IMG/VR virus record: IMGVR_UViG_2609459792_000007
DNA: 64,000 nucleotides
Reading direction: 5' to 3' (one strand)
Source of the DNA: a virus
Taxonomy: Duplodnaviria > Heunggongvirae > Uroviricota > Caudoviricetes
Both the position numbers and the translations under genes were made by a program. Positions 1 to 10,252 of the stretch are shown here, in pieces; position 1 is the first letter of the stretch, and the number at the start of each line of letters is the position of its first letter. Below the pieces are notes generated by a model that made no database searches, had not been told where the DNA came from, and saw nothing but the letters and a program-made list of their open reading frames with translations.

Positions 1-86
1 CAAGTTAACGTTGAGAAATTTATCGTACTTATCATCTCCCGCAAAACAAGAACCCCAGTTGGTTTATATCTAAAAGATTAACAATT

Positions 87-109
87 AGGCGACTTCTGTC
101 GCCTTTTTT
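87..109 (+). terminator. Hairpin plus T-run upstream of parA
   Basis: aggcgac-ttct-gtcgcct stem-loop followed by T6. Confidence 0.4.
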
Positions 110-257
110 GTTAACAGCCATTGATTCTCGCCTAAAAATTCTAAGGCAGCACCTACCATTTAACCTTTACACAGCAGCCGTAGGCATTTAGGCTATATCA
201 CATATAAGAAAACAAGTTGTTTCAGACAATAATAATAGACGCAAAGGGAACTCTCCA

Positions 258-926
258 ATGACCAAGATCTTTGTGGTTGGCGGCACAAAGGGCGGGCCTG
301 GCAAATCCACCGTTGCCCAGCAAATTGCCGTTTGCCTGAAAGTCAAAAAGAAGAAGAAGGTTTATATCACTGATATAGATATTCAGCGCACGACAACAAG
401 CTGGTGTGAAGACCGTCGACAGAACGAAGACCTTGAGCTGATTCCTTTTGCATACGTTCAGGATGACATCATTAAGCACCTAAAATCGCTTCAGGGTAGA
501 GCTGAGTTTGTAGTGGTAGATGCTGGTGGCTTTGACTCCGAAATTCAGCGACAAGCGATGCTGATGGCCGACGTTATCATTATCCCGCTTCGTCCTAAGC
601 GTCGTGATTTGAAATCTCTGCGTGACATCGATCCTATTATCGACAATGTTCGTAATGTAAACGATAAAGTGAAGGTCCGCGCGGTCATGAACCAGTGCCC
701 GGCTTTGCCATCACAAGTGTCTCGCATTCTGGCGGCTAAAGAGATTGTCGAGACGTTTGGCATCGAGTCTGCGCCAGTCAATCTATATAACCGCAACGTC
801 TACGATGATGCGGAAGAGTCAGGTCGTTCTATCTTTGAAATGACCGGTAGCGAGCGCGACAAAAAGGCGGAAGCCGAGTTTGAAGAATTTGTAGATTATC
901 TGTTGAGTCTGGAGGAAGAAGAATAA
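258..926 (+). CDS. parA: ParA-like partition ATPase (small, type Ib-like)
   Basis: N-terminal deviant Walker A GGTKGGPGKST; 222 aa; small overlapping downstream partner gene; acidic C-terminus. Confidence 0.7.
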   Translation: MTKIFVVGGTKGGPGKSTVAQQIAVCLKVKKKKKVYITDIDIQRTTTSWCEDRRQNEDLELIPFAYVQDDIIKHLKSLQGRAEFVVVDAGGFDSEIQRQAMLMADVIIIPLRPKRRDLKSLRDIDPIIDNVRNVNDKVKVRAVMNQCPALPSQVSRILAAKEIVETFGIESAPVNLYNRNVYDDAEESGRSIFEMTGSERDKKAEAEFEEFVDYLLSLEEEE

Positions 927-1285
927 TGTCCATGAAAATGGGTGACCTAGCAAAGCGCAAAGAGCCTGATGCACCGGCTAAGAACACAACTCCTTTGCGC
1001 CAACCAGTCAGACCACAAGGACGCCCGACTCGTGGCAAAGAGAAAATTAAAAGCCGCACTATGTCACTGGAAGACGAATACTTCGAGCTTCTGGAAATGA
1101 TGAAGTTTATCCCTCGTTTCGAGAAGTTCACCCGCTCTGATGTGATTCGTGCTGCTATTTTCCATCTGGCAGAGAAGTCACCGCAGGAAATCGAGGACAT
1201 CGTGAAACTTAACGAGGCGATCACCGCTGCCGATGTCACGATGCGTACCGATGAAATCAAACGAGAGTTGATGAAGAAAGGTTAA
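926..1285 (+). CDS. Small partition partner protein (ParG/ParB-like, putative ribbon-helix-helix)
   Basis: 119 aa; start overlaps parA stop (ATAATG); basic disordered N-terminus then short helical C-terminal domain. Confidence 0.45.
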   Translation: MSMKMGDLAKRKEPDAPAKNTTPLRQPVRPQGRPTRGKEKIKSRTMSLEDEYFELLEMMKFIPRFEKFTRSDVIRAAIFHLAEKSPQEIEDIVKLNEAITAADVTMRTDEIKRELMKKG

Positions 1286-1290
1286 AAATC

Positions 1291-1321
1291 ATGCATTGGC
1301 GCGTACATTGCGCCAATGCAT
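1291..1321. terminator. Perfect 12-bp inverted repeat hairpin (bidirectional terminator candidate)
   Basis: atgcattggcgc-gtacatt-gcgccaatgcat between convergent genes. Confidence 0.5.
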
Positions 1322-1337
1322 AACTACAGTGTCAGCT

Positions 1338-2105
1338 TTATGCCGCGCTAACACTATGTTCAGTCCTAACCACCCCAACCTTCACAAAAGGGCTACCGTA
1401 GCTTGGTGGCTTCTTGATTAATTTGCCTACATACAGTTTTCTAATATGCTCATCGGCTATTCTGCCAACAAATTCATATCGTTTTGTGTCGGGGCCAAGA
1501 GCTATATCCCTTGTAAAGTACTGCTGAGAACCGGCTTTGACCCAGCATTCAATCTGATAAACTTCCATTATTAGCCCACCATATGTAGCGTAGGCATATT
1601 TGAGATTCTCGTCTCTTGGAACCTTTGCCCATACGCCACGCGTAGCTTCATATAATGCCAGAGCGGACATTCCTGATTTGTAGGTGCTGTTTAGCAGGAA
1701 GGCAAGACCGGCGTGCTCAGGAGCAATTTCAGTTTCCTCTTGCAGCACTAAGTGATGGTAGGCGTCCAGTGATATTCTGCCCATCATGGAACCACTTCCT
1801 CGAACCTTATTCGTAAGCTCTCCGACCCCCATAAGGTCGATGCATGTCGCCTCAACAAGTTTGGCTGTGGTTTCATCCATACCATGACGAAGAATATCTA
1901 TGCCTAATTTTTTATTAGCCAAAAGTTCTTTGATCCGCATGGATTTGGGAGAGTCATCGGGATACTTGATGTGATCGAGACAACGAGTCGATTTGCCTTT
2001 TCCTATGTAAAACGGTCTTTTCATCTTGTCTTCTGTATCATAGAGACAGTAAACATAGTATTTAGCCTTATCCAAGGATCTCGCGTATACCGATAAATCG
2101 TCCAT
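1338..2105 (-). CDS. GIY-YIG-like nuclease domain protein
   Basis: N-terminal YYVYCLYD...KRPFYIGKGKSTR resembles GIY-YIG motif; one of few minus-strand genes. Confidence 0.4.
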   Translation of the reverse strand: MDDLSVYARSLDKAKYYVYCLYDTEDKMKRPFYIGKGKSTRCLDHIKYPDDSPKSMRIKELLANKKLGIDILRHGMDETTAKLVEATCIDLMGVGELTNKVRGSGSMMGRISLDAYHHLVLQEETEIAPEHAGLAFLLNSTYKSGMSALALYEATRGVWAKVPRDENLKYAYATYGGLIMEVYQIECWVKAGSQQYFTRDIALGPDTKRYEFVGRIADEHIRKLYVGKLIKKPPSYGSPFVKVGVVRTEHSVSAA

Positions 2106-2215
2106 TATTGCATCTCTTAGCTACTGACTAATGCGTTCTATTTTACACATAAGTTTTTAATCAATTTAACAGGCTCAAAGTGTAGAGCTTCTGGGCGTCT
2201 AAGACGACAAGTTAT

Positions 2216-2271
2216 GCCTGCTTCTGTATATATAAATAATAAGTAACTTATTAAATATATACGGAAGCAGG
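2216..2271. repeat. Palindromic ~55-bp element, copy 1 (contains TATAAATA)
   Basis: gcctgcttctgtatatataaata...atatacggaagcagg; near-identical copy at 48466-48522. Confidence 0.6.
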
Positions 2272-2387
2272 TCTTTTAAAAGACACCACCAGAACAACTC
2301 CCTTCCGTTTCCACTTCCAAAAACTGCCACCAGTCGCTATCATCCGCTCATTGTGATAAGTAAGTAACTACCTACCAGGTGAGCCAC

Positions 2388-3128
2388 ATGAGCCAAATCT
2401 TTTTCGATACCATCGACAACGACCAGTACGACTTCATGACAGAGTGGAATACCGCTGTTATGGACAAGTGGGTCGCTGAAAACATTGGTTTGTCGCGCTG
2501 TAAAGACGAGGCTGAACTCTTCGAGACGAAGTGGTTTGATTACCGCGACATGCATCCTCTCATGGCCACCTGTCTTTTTACGGAGGCATACAAACGTCAG
2601 TACTCAAATATCATGCTGACGCACGGTCGCGAACACTTTGAAACAGCTCCGTTCACCACCGGGTTAAAACGCCTGCCTTATCAGGAGTTGTCGACTGCCA
2701 ATAAAACGTCGCTATGGAAAGCACGCCAGTTTGCGGATCGCTATTGCTGCTCATACGACTATTTTATCTCCACCGTTCTTTCCGCAGCTGCACGACGGCT
2801 GTGGGACAAGCTGCCGCGCCCACAGCATTTATGGCAGCCAGAGCTGGTTGAGATATTCGAAGAGAAATTAGCCAGACGCGCAACAACCCGTCTGGATGAC
2901 TCTCTGGTTAGTTTTAAGCATATGGGAGACATGCAGTTCAACCCGATTCAGGAAAGCTATTTTGAGTGGATTCTGGAGCGTTTACGCGCCATCCCCCGCA
3001 GCAAGCGCATACGCGCAATTTTCTCCGCTATCTGGCTAATGGAAATCGTTCCAGAGCGCCTTATTTCCGCCCACTTTCCAGAAGAACTGGAAGAAGCACG
3101 GCGGTTTATTGATCCCCTATCTAATTAA
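2388..3128 (+). CDS. Hypothetical protein
   Basis: ORF with conserved cacATG start context at 2388 (track start 2379 is GTG); sits directly upstream of helicase. Confidence 0.5.
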   Translation: MSQIFFDTIDNDQYDFMTEWNTAVMDKWVAENIGLSRCKDEAELFETKWFDYRDMHPLMATCLFTEAYKRQYSNIMLTHGREHFETAPFTTGLKRLPYQELSTANKTSLWKARQFADRYCCSYDYFISTVLSAAARRLWDKLPRPQHLWQPELVEIFEEKLARRATTRLDDSLVSFKHMGDMQFNPIQESYFEWILERLRAIPRSKRIRAIFSAIWLMEIVPERLISAHFPEELEEARRFIDPLSN

Positions 3129-3171
3129 CTAATACTAGAAAACAATTTGTTTAAAAAACAAAGGAAAGCAC

Positions 3172-4512
3172 ATGACCGAACTTTGCCATACAGGACGCGG
3201 GCTGTCCGAAGAGTTTGATGAAGATTTCCAGAACAGACTGACGGCATATTTTTGTCGTGATCACGAGTTTCTTACTCGTGCGGGAGATCTGGTTGTGCCT
3301 AGCCAATTTGCCAATGCGGCCAATGCCATATTGGTTAATATGGTTTCGGGCTATTACCGTATGTACAAGAGCGCGCCCTCTTCATCTGCAATTCTGGATA
3401 TGCTTAAGCGTGCGAAACGCGATAAGACTATCCGTGAGGAACTATTCGCCGATGTTGTTGCTGCGTTTAAGCGCATCCTTGCAGAAAAATTGTCCGATAC
3501 CTCGTACATGGTTGACCAGGTATCAACCTTCGCAAAAAGCGTAGCGTTTGATGATGCTCTGATTAAGGCTGCTGAACTGAAAGAGAAAGGCGACTTTCAG
3601 GGGGCGATGGCAATCATGGCCAAGGTTCAGCAGATTGGATCGAACGAAGCGACCGGAATCTATGACTACTACACCTCCGCAAGTGAGCGATTGAAAGCGC
3701 GTGAATATGAGGCTTCAGAGGAGTATGTGCCAAACAGCATTACAACTGGACTCCCTCTGCTCGATAGGTTGCTGTACCAAAAAGGCTGGGCGAAGCGTGA
3801 AATGGTGCTCTTCATGGGGTTCGCTAAATCCGGTAAATCGACCGCAATGGGTGAGTTTTCCATAAACGCAACGCTTGCTGGCTACAATGTTCTGTATCTC
3901 TCGCTGGAGGTTCACACCAACATTTTGTCCGACCGTTTTGATGCAAGATTGTCGGAGACGGAAATGTCCAAGTTGGTGGAACGGCGCGATGAAGTTCATC
4001 GTAAGTTGGCAGAGTTGGGAGCCTCTAAGGGGATTGGTAGTTTGTGGGTTGTTGAGCGTCCGTCAGGAAGTATGTCACCGGCAGATCTGGACCGTATGCT
4101 TAACAGCATGAAAGCCAACGGCATGGTGCCTGACATGGTTGTTGTCGACTACGCAGATTTGATGCGTGCCAGTTATGACCTTCGTGATGATCGCGCCAAC
4201 ATTCGTAGTATCTACACCGATTTACGTGCTCTTTATGACAAGCATAACGTTGCTGGTATCACGGCGTCGCAAACAAACCGTGAAGGTGGCGCGTCAGAAG
4301 TTGCCACAATGATGCACGCTGCCGACAACATCGAAAAAGTACGTATTGCTGACCTGGTAATAACGATCAACAAAACCGAAGAAGAAGAAGCGAAAGGAGA
4401 GGCTCGTCTCTACTTTGCTGGTTCGCGTAACCAGCAGGGAGGGATCAGCATTCGCGTTAAACAAAACCTCGAACAAATGCGCTTCATTGAGCGGATCTTA
4501 GACGTTACCTAA
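3172..4512 (+). CDS. DnaB-like replicative helicase (RecA-fold ATPase)
   Basis: Walker A GFAKSGKST, Walker B-like MVVVDYADL, C-terminal RecA-like core; conserved aaaggaaagcacATG start context. Confidence 0.75.
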   Translation: MTELCHTGRGLSEEFDEDFQNRLTAYFCRDHEFLTRAGDLVVPSQFANAANAILVNMVSGYYRMYKSAPSSSAILDMLKRAKRDKTIREELFADVVAAFKRILAEKLSDTSYMVDQVSTFAKSVAFDDALIKAAELKEKGDFQGAMAIMAKVQQIGSNEATGIYDYYTSASERLKAREYEASEEYVPNSITTGLPLLDRLLYQKGWAKREMVLFMGFAKSGKSTAMGEFSINATLAGYNVLYLSLEVHTNILSDRFDARLSETEMSKLVERRDEVHRKLAELGASKGIGSLWVVERPSGSMSPADLDRMLNSMKANGMVPDMVVVDYADLMRASYDLRDDRANIRSIYTDLRALYDKHNVAGITASQTNREGGASEVATMMHAADNIEKVRIADLVITINKTEEEEAKGEARLYFAGSRNQQGGISIRVKQNLEQMRFIERILDVT

Positions 4513-4593
4513 AAAATAAGCGTGGAGAACACCTCCACGCTTGATTCATTGGTGAAACAACTTTTCTTTTGCCAAACCACAAAAGAAAAACAC

Positions 4594-5775
4594 ATGAGCC
4601 TTTATGTTATATCAACATTTAGGTTGGTCACAATATTGCCTGTTAAAAGTGGAATTATCGTGAGCGAGCTGAAAGAGCTAATTACCGAATTAGATTTTGA
4701 ACAATGGTTGGACACTGAAGGTATCGTTTATCGACGTGGAGGCGTGAGTGCTCGCGGTCGTGAAGTGAATATCAAGGAGTGTCCGGTATGCGGCAGCTCC
4801 AACTGGAAGGTATATTTCAATCTGACCAGTGGCGTCGGCAAATGCTTTGCTGGTGATCATCCCGAAGAGATTCAGTTCAATAAGCTGGTCTTCCTCAAGC
4901 ACTACAGCGGTAAATCACGACGACAGTTCGAGGAATATGTGCAGAACGCTCTTCTTTCCCAGGGGTGGGCACCAAAGAAAGAAGAGCTAGTGCTTGCAAG
5001 CACAGTCGAGTTAGAGGGGCCAGTTGCACTCCCTCGTCATTACGAGCTTCCTATAGATGGCCGTCTTCCAGACTATCTGGTTGAACGAAACATATCACCT
5101 GAAATGGCAAAGTATTTTGACCTACGATACTGCGTCGAAGGCAAGCACGCTTATGTAGATCCGTATACAGATCAGGTAAAAGGGCAGATATTCGATATGC
5201 GAGTACTGATACCGGTTTACGATCTGGATGGGGTAATGAAGACATTTCAGGGACGAGACATTACCGGTACAGCAGAACGCCGCTACCTCTTTCCTATGCA
5301 GCTTCCAGCTTCAGGTAAATTTCTCTACAACGGCCATAATGCAGTCGGCAAACAGACTGTAGTTGTCTGTGAGGGTGCGTTCGATGTTATGGGGGTCAAA
5401 CGAGCTATTTTCGACGAAGAAACATTACGTGATTACGTGGAGCCAATAGGAACGTTCGGGATGCATCTATCTGGTAACACCACTCAGGATGCAGAAGATC
5501 AGTTAGGCGCGTTCCTGACGCTCAAGGCGCGTGGGTTACGTAATGTGATCATGATGTGGGATAGTGAAAAGCAAGCTATACGCAACACTATGGCCGCAGC
5601 CAGGCGACTGACCAGTATCGGTCTTAATGTCAAAGTTGCGTGTTTGGGTGAGGAAGGACTCGACCCGGGCGGTGCAACGCCAGAACAAATTATCAAAGCC
5701 TATTATCGGGCAAAACCGTATACCAAACAGTTGGAGTTGCAAAGCAAGGTTTTGGGCATTAAGGCGCTATCGTAA
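4594..5775 (+). CDS. DNA primase (zinc-ribbon plus Toprim)
   Basis: CPVCGSS...C..GDH zinc-binding motif; Toprim-like VVVCEGAFDV and MWDSE; start chosen at cacATG 4594 rather than track start 4522. Confidence 0.65.
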   Translation: MSLYVISTFRLVTILPVKSGIIVSELKELITELDFEQWLDTEGIVYRRGGVSARGREVNIKECPVCGSSNWKVYFNLTSGVGKCFAGDHPEEIQFNKLVFLKHYSGKSRRQFEEYVQNALLSQGWAPKKEELVLASTVELEGPVALPRHYELPIDGRLPDYLVERNISPEMAKYFDLRYCVEGKHAYVDPYTDQVKGQIFDMRVLIPVYDLDGVMKTFQGRDITGTAERRYLFPMQLPASGKFLYNGHNAVGKQTVVVCEGAFDVMGVKRAIFDEETLRDYVEPIGTFGMHLSGNTTQDAEDQLGAFLTLKARGLRNVIMMWDSEKQAIRNTMAAARRLTSIGLNVKVACLGEEGLDPGGATPEQIIKAYYRAKPYTKQLELQSKVLGIKALS

Positions 5776-5850
5776 CAAGTGCCGCTAAAATAAGTAGATG
5801 ATTACTTATCTTTCTGTAAGAATACTTTCATCTGTTAGCTAGGAGTTGGT

Positions 5851-6633
5851 ATGAAAGACGAAATTCACAAATTAGCCTGCGACATCATTGATAAAACTGG
5901 TTTAGAAATCAGCGAGAGCAATCGACTAGACATCATTGAAAAAGCGGTAAAAACAGCAATGGATCATATCGCCACTCGTTTGGTTGAGATCCCGCTACCA
6001 GGGCTACCTTATCTGAAAGTTGAGTTACACGTATGGGGTGAACCTTCTTGTGCACGGCGTTCTGCATTAGTTGTTTTTATTAGCAAAGAAAACCCGCTCA
6101 GTCTTAAAGTGCAGGTTGGTGCATGGATGGATGGCAAAGTGATCTACACAAATACCGTTTTTTGTGCGCCAAACGACAGTATTATTGAAGAGGCTATTCA
6201 GGAATCACTTCTAACTATGCATAGCTTAGTTTTGCTGGAAGACAAGCAAAACTACGAAGAGTACTTACGGTCGATAAAAGGTGAGAGAACATTGTCACTT
6301 AGAGCCGATTTCGTTACCCCGACAAACCTGTTGGAAGTCTTGCTTAATAAAGGGGCTAATGATGCCGTAAATGTAATCAGAGAGAGTGAGTATGCGTCTC
6401 TTTGCGACATGTGCAAAAGCCAGTTGGATCTGGTGCATATCGTTATTGATGCTGGGAAGGCATGTGATGGCGTAATGGCGGAATTTGCTGGGAAGATGGT
6501 CAGGATTGCTAACGAATTACCGATGATAGAGCAAGAGGCTAAATCATACGCCACCAATCATGTCACAGAGCTTCTTGTCCCCTATCGCTTAGAAAGCAAT
6601 CAGCGCAAGATGATTAGCTGGGGAAGTTGGTAA
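5851..6633 (+). CDS. Hypothetical protein
   Basis: 260-aa ORF with RBS; no recognised motif. Confidence 0.45.
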   Translation: MKDEIHKLACDIIDKTGLEISESNRLDIIEKAVKTAMDHIATRLVEIPLPGLPYLKVELHVWGEPSCARRSALVVFISKENPLSLKVQVGAWMDGKVIYTNTVFCAPNDSIIEEAIQESLLTMHSLVLLEDKQNYEEYLRSIKGERTLSLRADFVTPTNLLEVLLNKGANDAVNVIRESEYASLCDMCKSQLDLVHIVIDAGKACDGVMAEFAGKMVRIANELPMIEQEAKSYATNHVTELLVPYRLESNQRKMISWGSW

Positions 6634-6689
6634 TCTCTCCGCGCGTCGTTTTTTTACGCAAACAATGATAGGTAAGTACAAGATTATTT

Positions 6690-7172
6690 ATGGCGATAGT
6701 TGTGAAAGCTGATTTGTCAAAAATCCCCTCTATTTCAGGAAATAATGGTTATTCACTTCGTTGTGAGGAAGTAAAGATAAACGGTGAGTCGGCATATTGC
6801 AGTTACTCCGTTTGCCAGCACACCATTCTTGCCTTCAAAGAAAACCGTCTTCCTCGAACTTCTTTCCAGTCGTGCGCAACCGCTATTAAAGCAGGCAAAT
6901 GCAAGGCGTTAAAAATGATGGTTGAAGAGATTCGTAAAGGAGAATCTCTGTATTTCGAAGATATGACCGCACTCATTAAGGAGGTTGAAGAACGGAATAA
7001 ACAAGCCAGAACTATAAAACGAAAACGTGACAGTGTAACGATTAATAGCATGGTTAAGAAGAGCGCCACATCACAAACAGCGATCACTGACGTGTATGCG
7101 GCGTTGCTTGAAGAAACAACAAAAGAAACACATGAGCAAATCGATCAACATATGGAGGCAAAACAACAATGA
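6690..7172 (+). CDS. Hypothetical protein (Cys-rich N-terminus)
   Basis: 160-aa ORF; overlaps ligase start. Confidence 0.4.
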   Translation: MAIVVKADLSKIPSISGNNGYSLRCEEVKINGESAYCSYSVCQHTILAFKENRLPRTSFQSCATAIKAGKCKALKMMVEEIRKGESLYFEDMTALIKEVEERNKQARTIKRKRDSVTINSMVKKSATSQTAITDVYAALLEETTKETHEQIDQHMEAKQQ

Positions 7173-8491
7173 AAAAGTTGATCGCACTTAAGCATAAGCT
7201 GGACGAAATGAAAGCTATGGGAACCAATGCAAAAAAAGAGGCATTGGCCAACATGGATGACTTTGAACAAAGCATGGTTTCATTGATGCTCAACCCTTTC
7301 ATCCGTTTTGGGGTAAAGAAATACAAAGTGGCAGAGCCGCTTAGTGAGTCCGTCCCAAGTGACGAAAAAGCCATTGATGTACTGAATAAGCTGGCCTCTC
7401 GCGAGCTGACGGGGAACGCAGCAATAGTTGCTGTTGAGTCTATCGTAGCGTCAATGTGCGCCGATGGGCAGGACGTGTTCCGTCGTTTCCTCTTAAAAGA
7501 CCCGAAAGCAGGTGTTGGGATTAGCCTATGCAACAAGGTTTTTGAGAATCCCATTCCGAAATTCGAGGTGCAGCTGGCGTCACCGTATAAAGAAAAAGGC
7601 GACAAATACCCCTTCAAGCCAAATCCTAAAGCAAAATGGCCGATGATTGGCAGTCTTAAGCTCGATGGTTTGCGAGTAATTTGCGAGGTTATTGTTGACG
7701 AGGAAGAGGTTAACTTCCTTTCTCGTACTGGTAATCCAATCACGTCTCTCGATCACCTAAAGCCAGCAATGCTCGAATTAGGCAAACTTTCAGGCCACAA
7801 ACACATCTTCTTCGATGGTGAAGGAACAGCCGGTTCATTTAACCAGTCCGTATCTGCATTGCGCAAAAAGAACGTGCAGGCAATTGGCGCTATTTATCAT
7901 GTTTTCGACTTCTTCCTACCGGAATGGCGGGCACAGGCTAAATCCAAAGAGTATGCAAAGACAGGTATGAAGCTGAAAGAGCGCCTGGCTATGCTGGTGG
8001 CGTTGTTCAAAAACGATCGCAGTGAAGGCTACGGACAAGACATTCACCTGCATCCGTTCTATATCATCCATAGCCACGAAGATTTCATCGAACGCTTTAT
8101 GAAACGCCTGGACGATAACGAAGAAGGGGAGATGGGCAAAGATCCGAACTCTGTTTACGAGTTTAAACGTACCCGCAGCTGGTGGAAGTTAAAAGACGAA
8201 GATTCAGAAGATGGTGAAATTATCGACTTTGAGCCGGGCGACCCGGACTCTGGTTTTGCCAACACACTTGGAAAAATTGTTATTCGTCTTGAAAACGGCG
8301 TCATCGTTCGTGCGAGCGGCATTAAGCATAAATATCTGGACGAGATCTGGAACAACAAAGAGAAGTACCGTGGTCGTATTGTTGAGGTTCATTGTCACGA
8401 GAAAACGCCGGATGGCAGCTTACGCCACCCACGACTGAAATGGCCGCGTTGCTTACGCGATACAGAAGATCGAATCGGAGATAAAGAATGA
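7169..8491 (+). CDS. ATP-dependent DNA ligase
   Basis: Adenylation motif KxDG in SLKLDGLRV; size 440 aa. Confidence 0.75.
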   Translation: MKKLIALKHKLDEMKAMGTNAKKEALANMDDFEQSMVSLMLNPFIRFGVKKYKVAEPLSESVPSDEKAIDVLNKLASRELTGNAAIVAVESIVASMCADGQDVFRRFLLKDPKAGVGISLCNKVFENPIPKFEVQLASPYKEKGDKYPFKPNPKAKWPMIGSLKLDGLRVICEVIVDEEEVNFLSRTGNPITSLDHLKPAMLELGKLSGHKHIFFDGEGTAGSFNQSVSALRKKNVQAIGAIYHVFDFFLPEWRAQAKSKEYAKTGMKLKERLAMLVALFKNDRSEGYGQDIHLHPFYIIHSHEDFIERFMKRLDDNEEGEMGKDPNSVYEFKRTRSWWKLKDEDSEDGEIIDFEPGDPDSGFANTLGKIVIRLENGVIVRASGIKHKYLDEIWNNKEKYRGRIVEVHCHEKTPDGSLRHPRLKWPRCLRDTEDRIGDKE

Positions 8492-8667
8492 TGCTCGGCT
8501 GGATGATTGCATTTTTAGCGGTTGGTTTTTTAATCGGTATTGTGGTGATGTCCAGTTGCATCAATGACTACATTAAAAGCGGTGTTATAGAACGACGCGG
8601 TCGTATTTATCGCATTGTAGAAATAACCCACACAGTGAAGGAGATTAAGGATGATCGTATTAAGTAA
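8488..8667 (+). CDS. Small membrane protein (paralog A)
   Basis: 59-aa ORF below track cutoff; hydrophobic segment AFLAVGFLIGIVVM then ...YRIVEITHTVKEIK; paralog of ORF at 8863. Confidence 0.4.
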   Translation: MMLGWMIAFLAVGFLIGIVVMSSCINDYIKSGVIERRGRIYRIVEITHTVKEIKDDRIK

Positions 8668-8866
8668 GCGGGAGAAGGAAACGCTTCATGAAATCAGTAA
8701 GTGGCCGGAGTTCCCTGAGTACTGGAAGCCTAAAACGCGGGCTAAGTTAGAGCGGTTAGGGTTGGTTGCAAACGTTTCTGAAACGTGGTGTTCGGCCAAC
8801 TACCAGTTAACTGATAAAGGGAAAGTATTGCTACAGCAATTAGTAGAATCAGGAGCGTTAAAATGA
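8651..8866 (+). CDS. Hypothetical small protein
   Basis: 71-aa ORF between paralogous membrane ORFs. Confidence 0.4.
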   Translation: MIVLSKREKETLHEISKWPEFPEYWKPKTRAKLERLGLVANVSETWCSANYQLTDKGKVLLQQLVESGALK

Positions 8867-9015
8867 TTCCATACATCTCATTAGCTTTTATGGGTGGCTT
8901 CCTTATTGGCTTCGGCATCTGTCGTGATTTAATTAAGCAGGAACTTAAAACCAAAACACTGTGCATCGGAAAGCGTGTGTATCGGGTAGTTCATGAAACA
9001 AAGGTTAGAAAATGA
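8863..9015 (+). CDS. Small membrane protein (paralog B)
   Basis: 50-aa ORF; AFMGGFLIGFGI then ...VYRVVHETKVRK, parallel to 8488 ORF. Confidence 0.4.
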   Translation: MIPYISLAFMGGFLIGFGICRDLIKQELKTKTLCIGKRVYRVVHETKVRK

Positions 9016-9302
9016 GCAATTTAACTTCTTGGGACTGGTGGTTGGTCACCTATTTCTTAGCGGCTGGAGTAGCATTCGCCTTTTACGTAGGTCAGTTAGT
9101 CGTAAAACTGTTGCTGATTAAATTTGCTAGTCATAAACGTATCGATGATGGTCTGTGGCGTCTTGGCACCTTGGTGGAAACTCGCTACGGGCAACTTAAG
9201 GAGAACGAAACCATTACTATCCAAGCGAAACGATTCACTGCCACCATCACAAGAACACCTAGTCGTAGAGTGGCCTTGATCAAAAAAGTCACAACCGAAT
9301 AA
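9012..9302 (+). CDS. Small membrane protein
   Basis: 96 aa; N-terminal TM segment WWLVTYFLAAGVAFAFYV. Confidence 0.4.
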   Translation: MSNLTSWDWWLVTYFLAAGVAFAFYVGQLVVKLLLIKFASHKRIDDGLWRLGTLVETRYGQLKENETITIQAKRFTATITRTPSRRVALIKKVTTE

Positions 9303-10081
9303 AAATACAATGATAAGTATTTACTTACTTATCTTATATGTATAAGATGACTTTGTTTTCGTTGAGACGCGACTGTTTGAACTTAAATACAAGTGCAAAC
9401 GAAGAAGTCTATCTGGCAGTAGCCTAATAAGCCAAACACCAGCGAGGTCAGTTTCCAGCCTCGTTACCGAAATGGGACACACTGAGCGAGTGTGATTGCA
9501 GAACGCAGGAGGGAACATTCATGTTCCCTCCGATGAAGTAACAGAATGGGCGGTTGGTATATTTTCAACTCCATATGACTCCCGGATTCTTAGCCACTGA
9601 CCGCCCATTCTGTTACGTCATTTTGTTCAATTATGTCGTTTATACTGGGTTAAAAAGCGGCGACGTAGCCCGGCTGGTATGGTCAGCCAGCACACAACGT
9701 TGAGGCCATTACATTTTTATCAATTCTAAGGTTCTATTCACAGAGATACCGGCGAGCGTTGATATGTAACATGTTGGGCAAACATTCAATCGGAGTAGTG
9801 GCCTCAACGTTGTGAAAATAGGATAGTTGTGTAGGTTTAACCACTGTTGCCATTGGTACCTGTTTTCACAACAAATGATTCCATACATCACATTGTATAA
9901 ATTACAAAGTAGGTGCTGTCCTCAGAAACATCATCTACTTAAATAATTTGCCTTCTACTATTGAGCGAAGTCGAAAGCGTCTGGCACTAACGAAAAGTGC
10001 AAGTAGCGGTGCGTTTCCTGGCAGAAACTAACACCGCCGCGATTGGCACTGTTGAGTAATAAATACTGGCAGTGCTGAATT

Positions 10082-10156
10082 GATGGTGTAGCTCAGCGGT
10101 AGAGCAGTTGGCTGTTAACCAACTGGTCGGTGGTTCGAATCCACCCACCATCGCCA
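10082..10156 (+). tRNA. tRNA-Asn (anticodon GTT)
   Basis: Hand-folded cloverleaf: acceptor gatggtg/caccatc, D-stem gctc/gagc, anticodon stem gttgg/ccaac with loop ctGTTaa, T-arm ggtgg-ttcgaat-ccacc, CCA end. Confidence 0.85.
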
Positions 10157-10161
10157 ATTTA

Positions 10162-10248
10162 GGGGAGTTAGTCCGTAGAGGTAGCGGGGTAGACTGTAAA
10201 TCTACTGTCATGGAGACTCGGGTGGTTCGACTCCATCACTCCCCACCA
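10162..10248 (+). tRNA. tRNA-Tyr (anticodon GTA), long variable arm
   Basis: Acceptor ggggagt/actcccc, anticodon stem gtaga/tctac with loop ctGTAaa, T-arm ggtgg-ttcgact-ccatc, CCA; D-arm not cleanly canonical. Confidence 0.6.
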
Positions 10249-10252
10249 AATT

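Noticed and set aside
7084-7743. 219-aa minus-strand ORF overlapping the ligase start
   Set aside because: Antisense to ligase and upstream ORF; Ser-rich low-complexity translation.
9506-9529. Hairpin ggagggaacattcatgttccctcc as a tRNA or terminator
   Set aside because: A 10-bp stem with 4-nt loop lacks tRNA cloverleaf features and has no following T-run; kept only as part of the structured-RNA finding.
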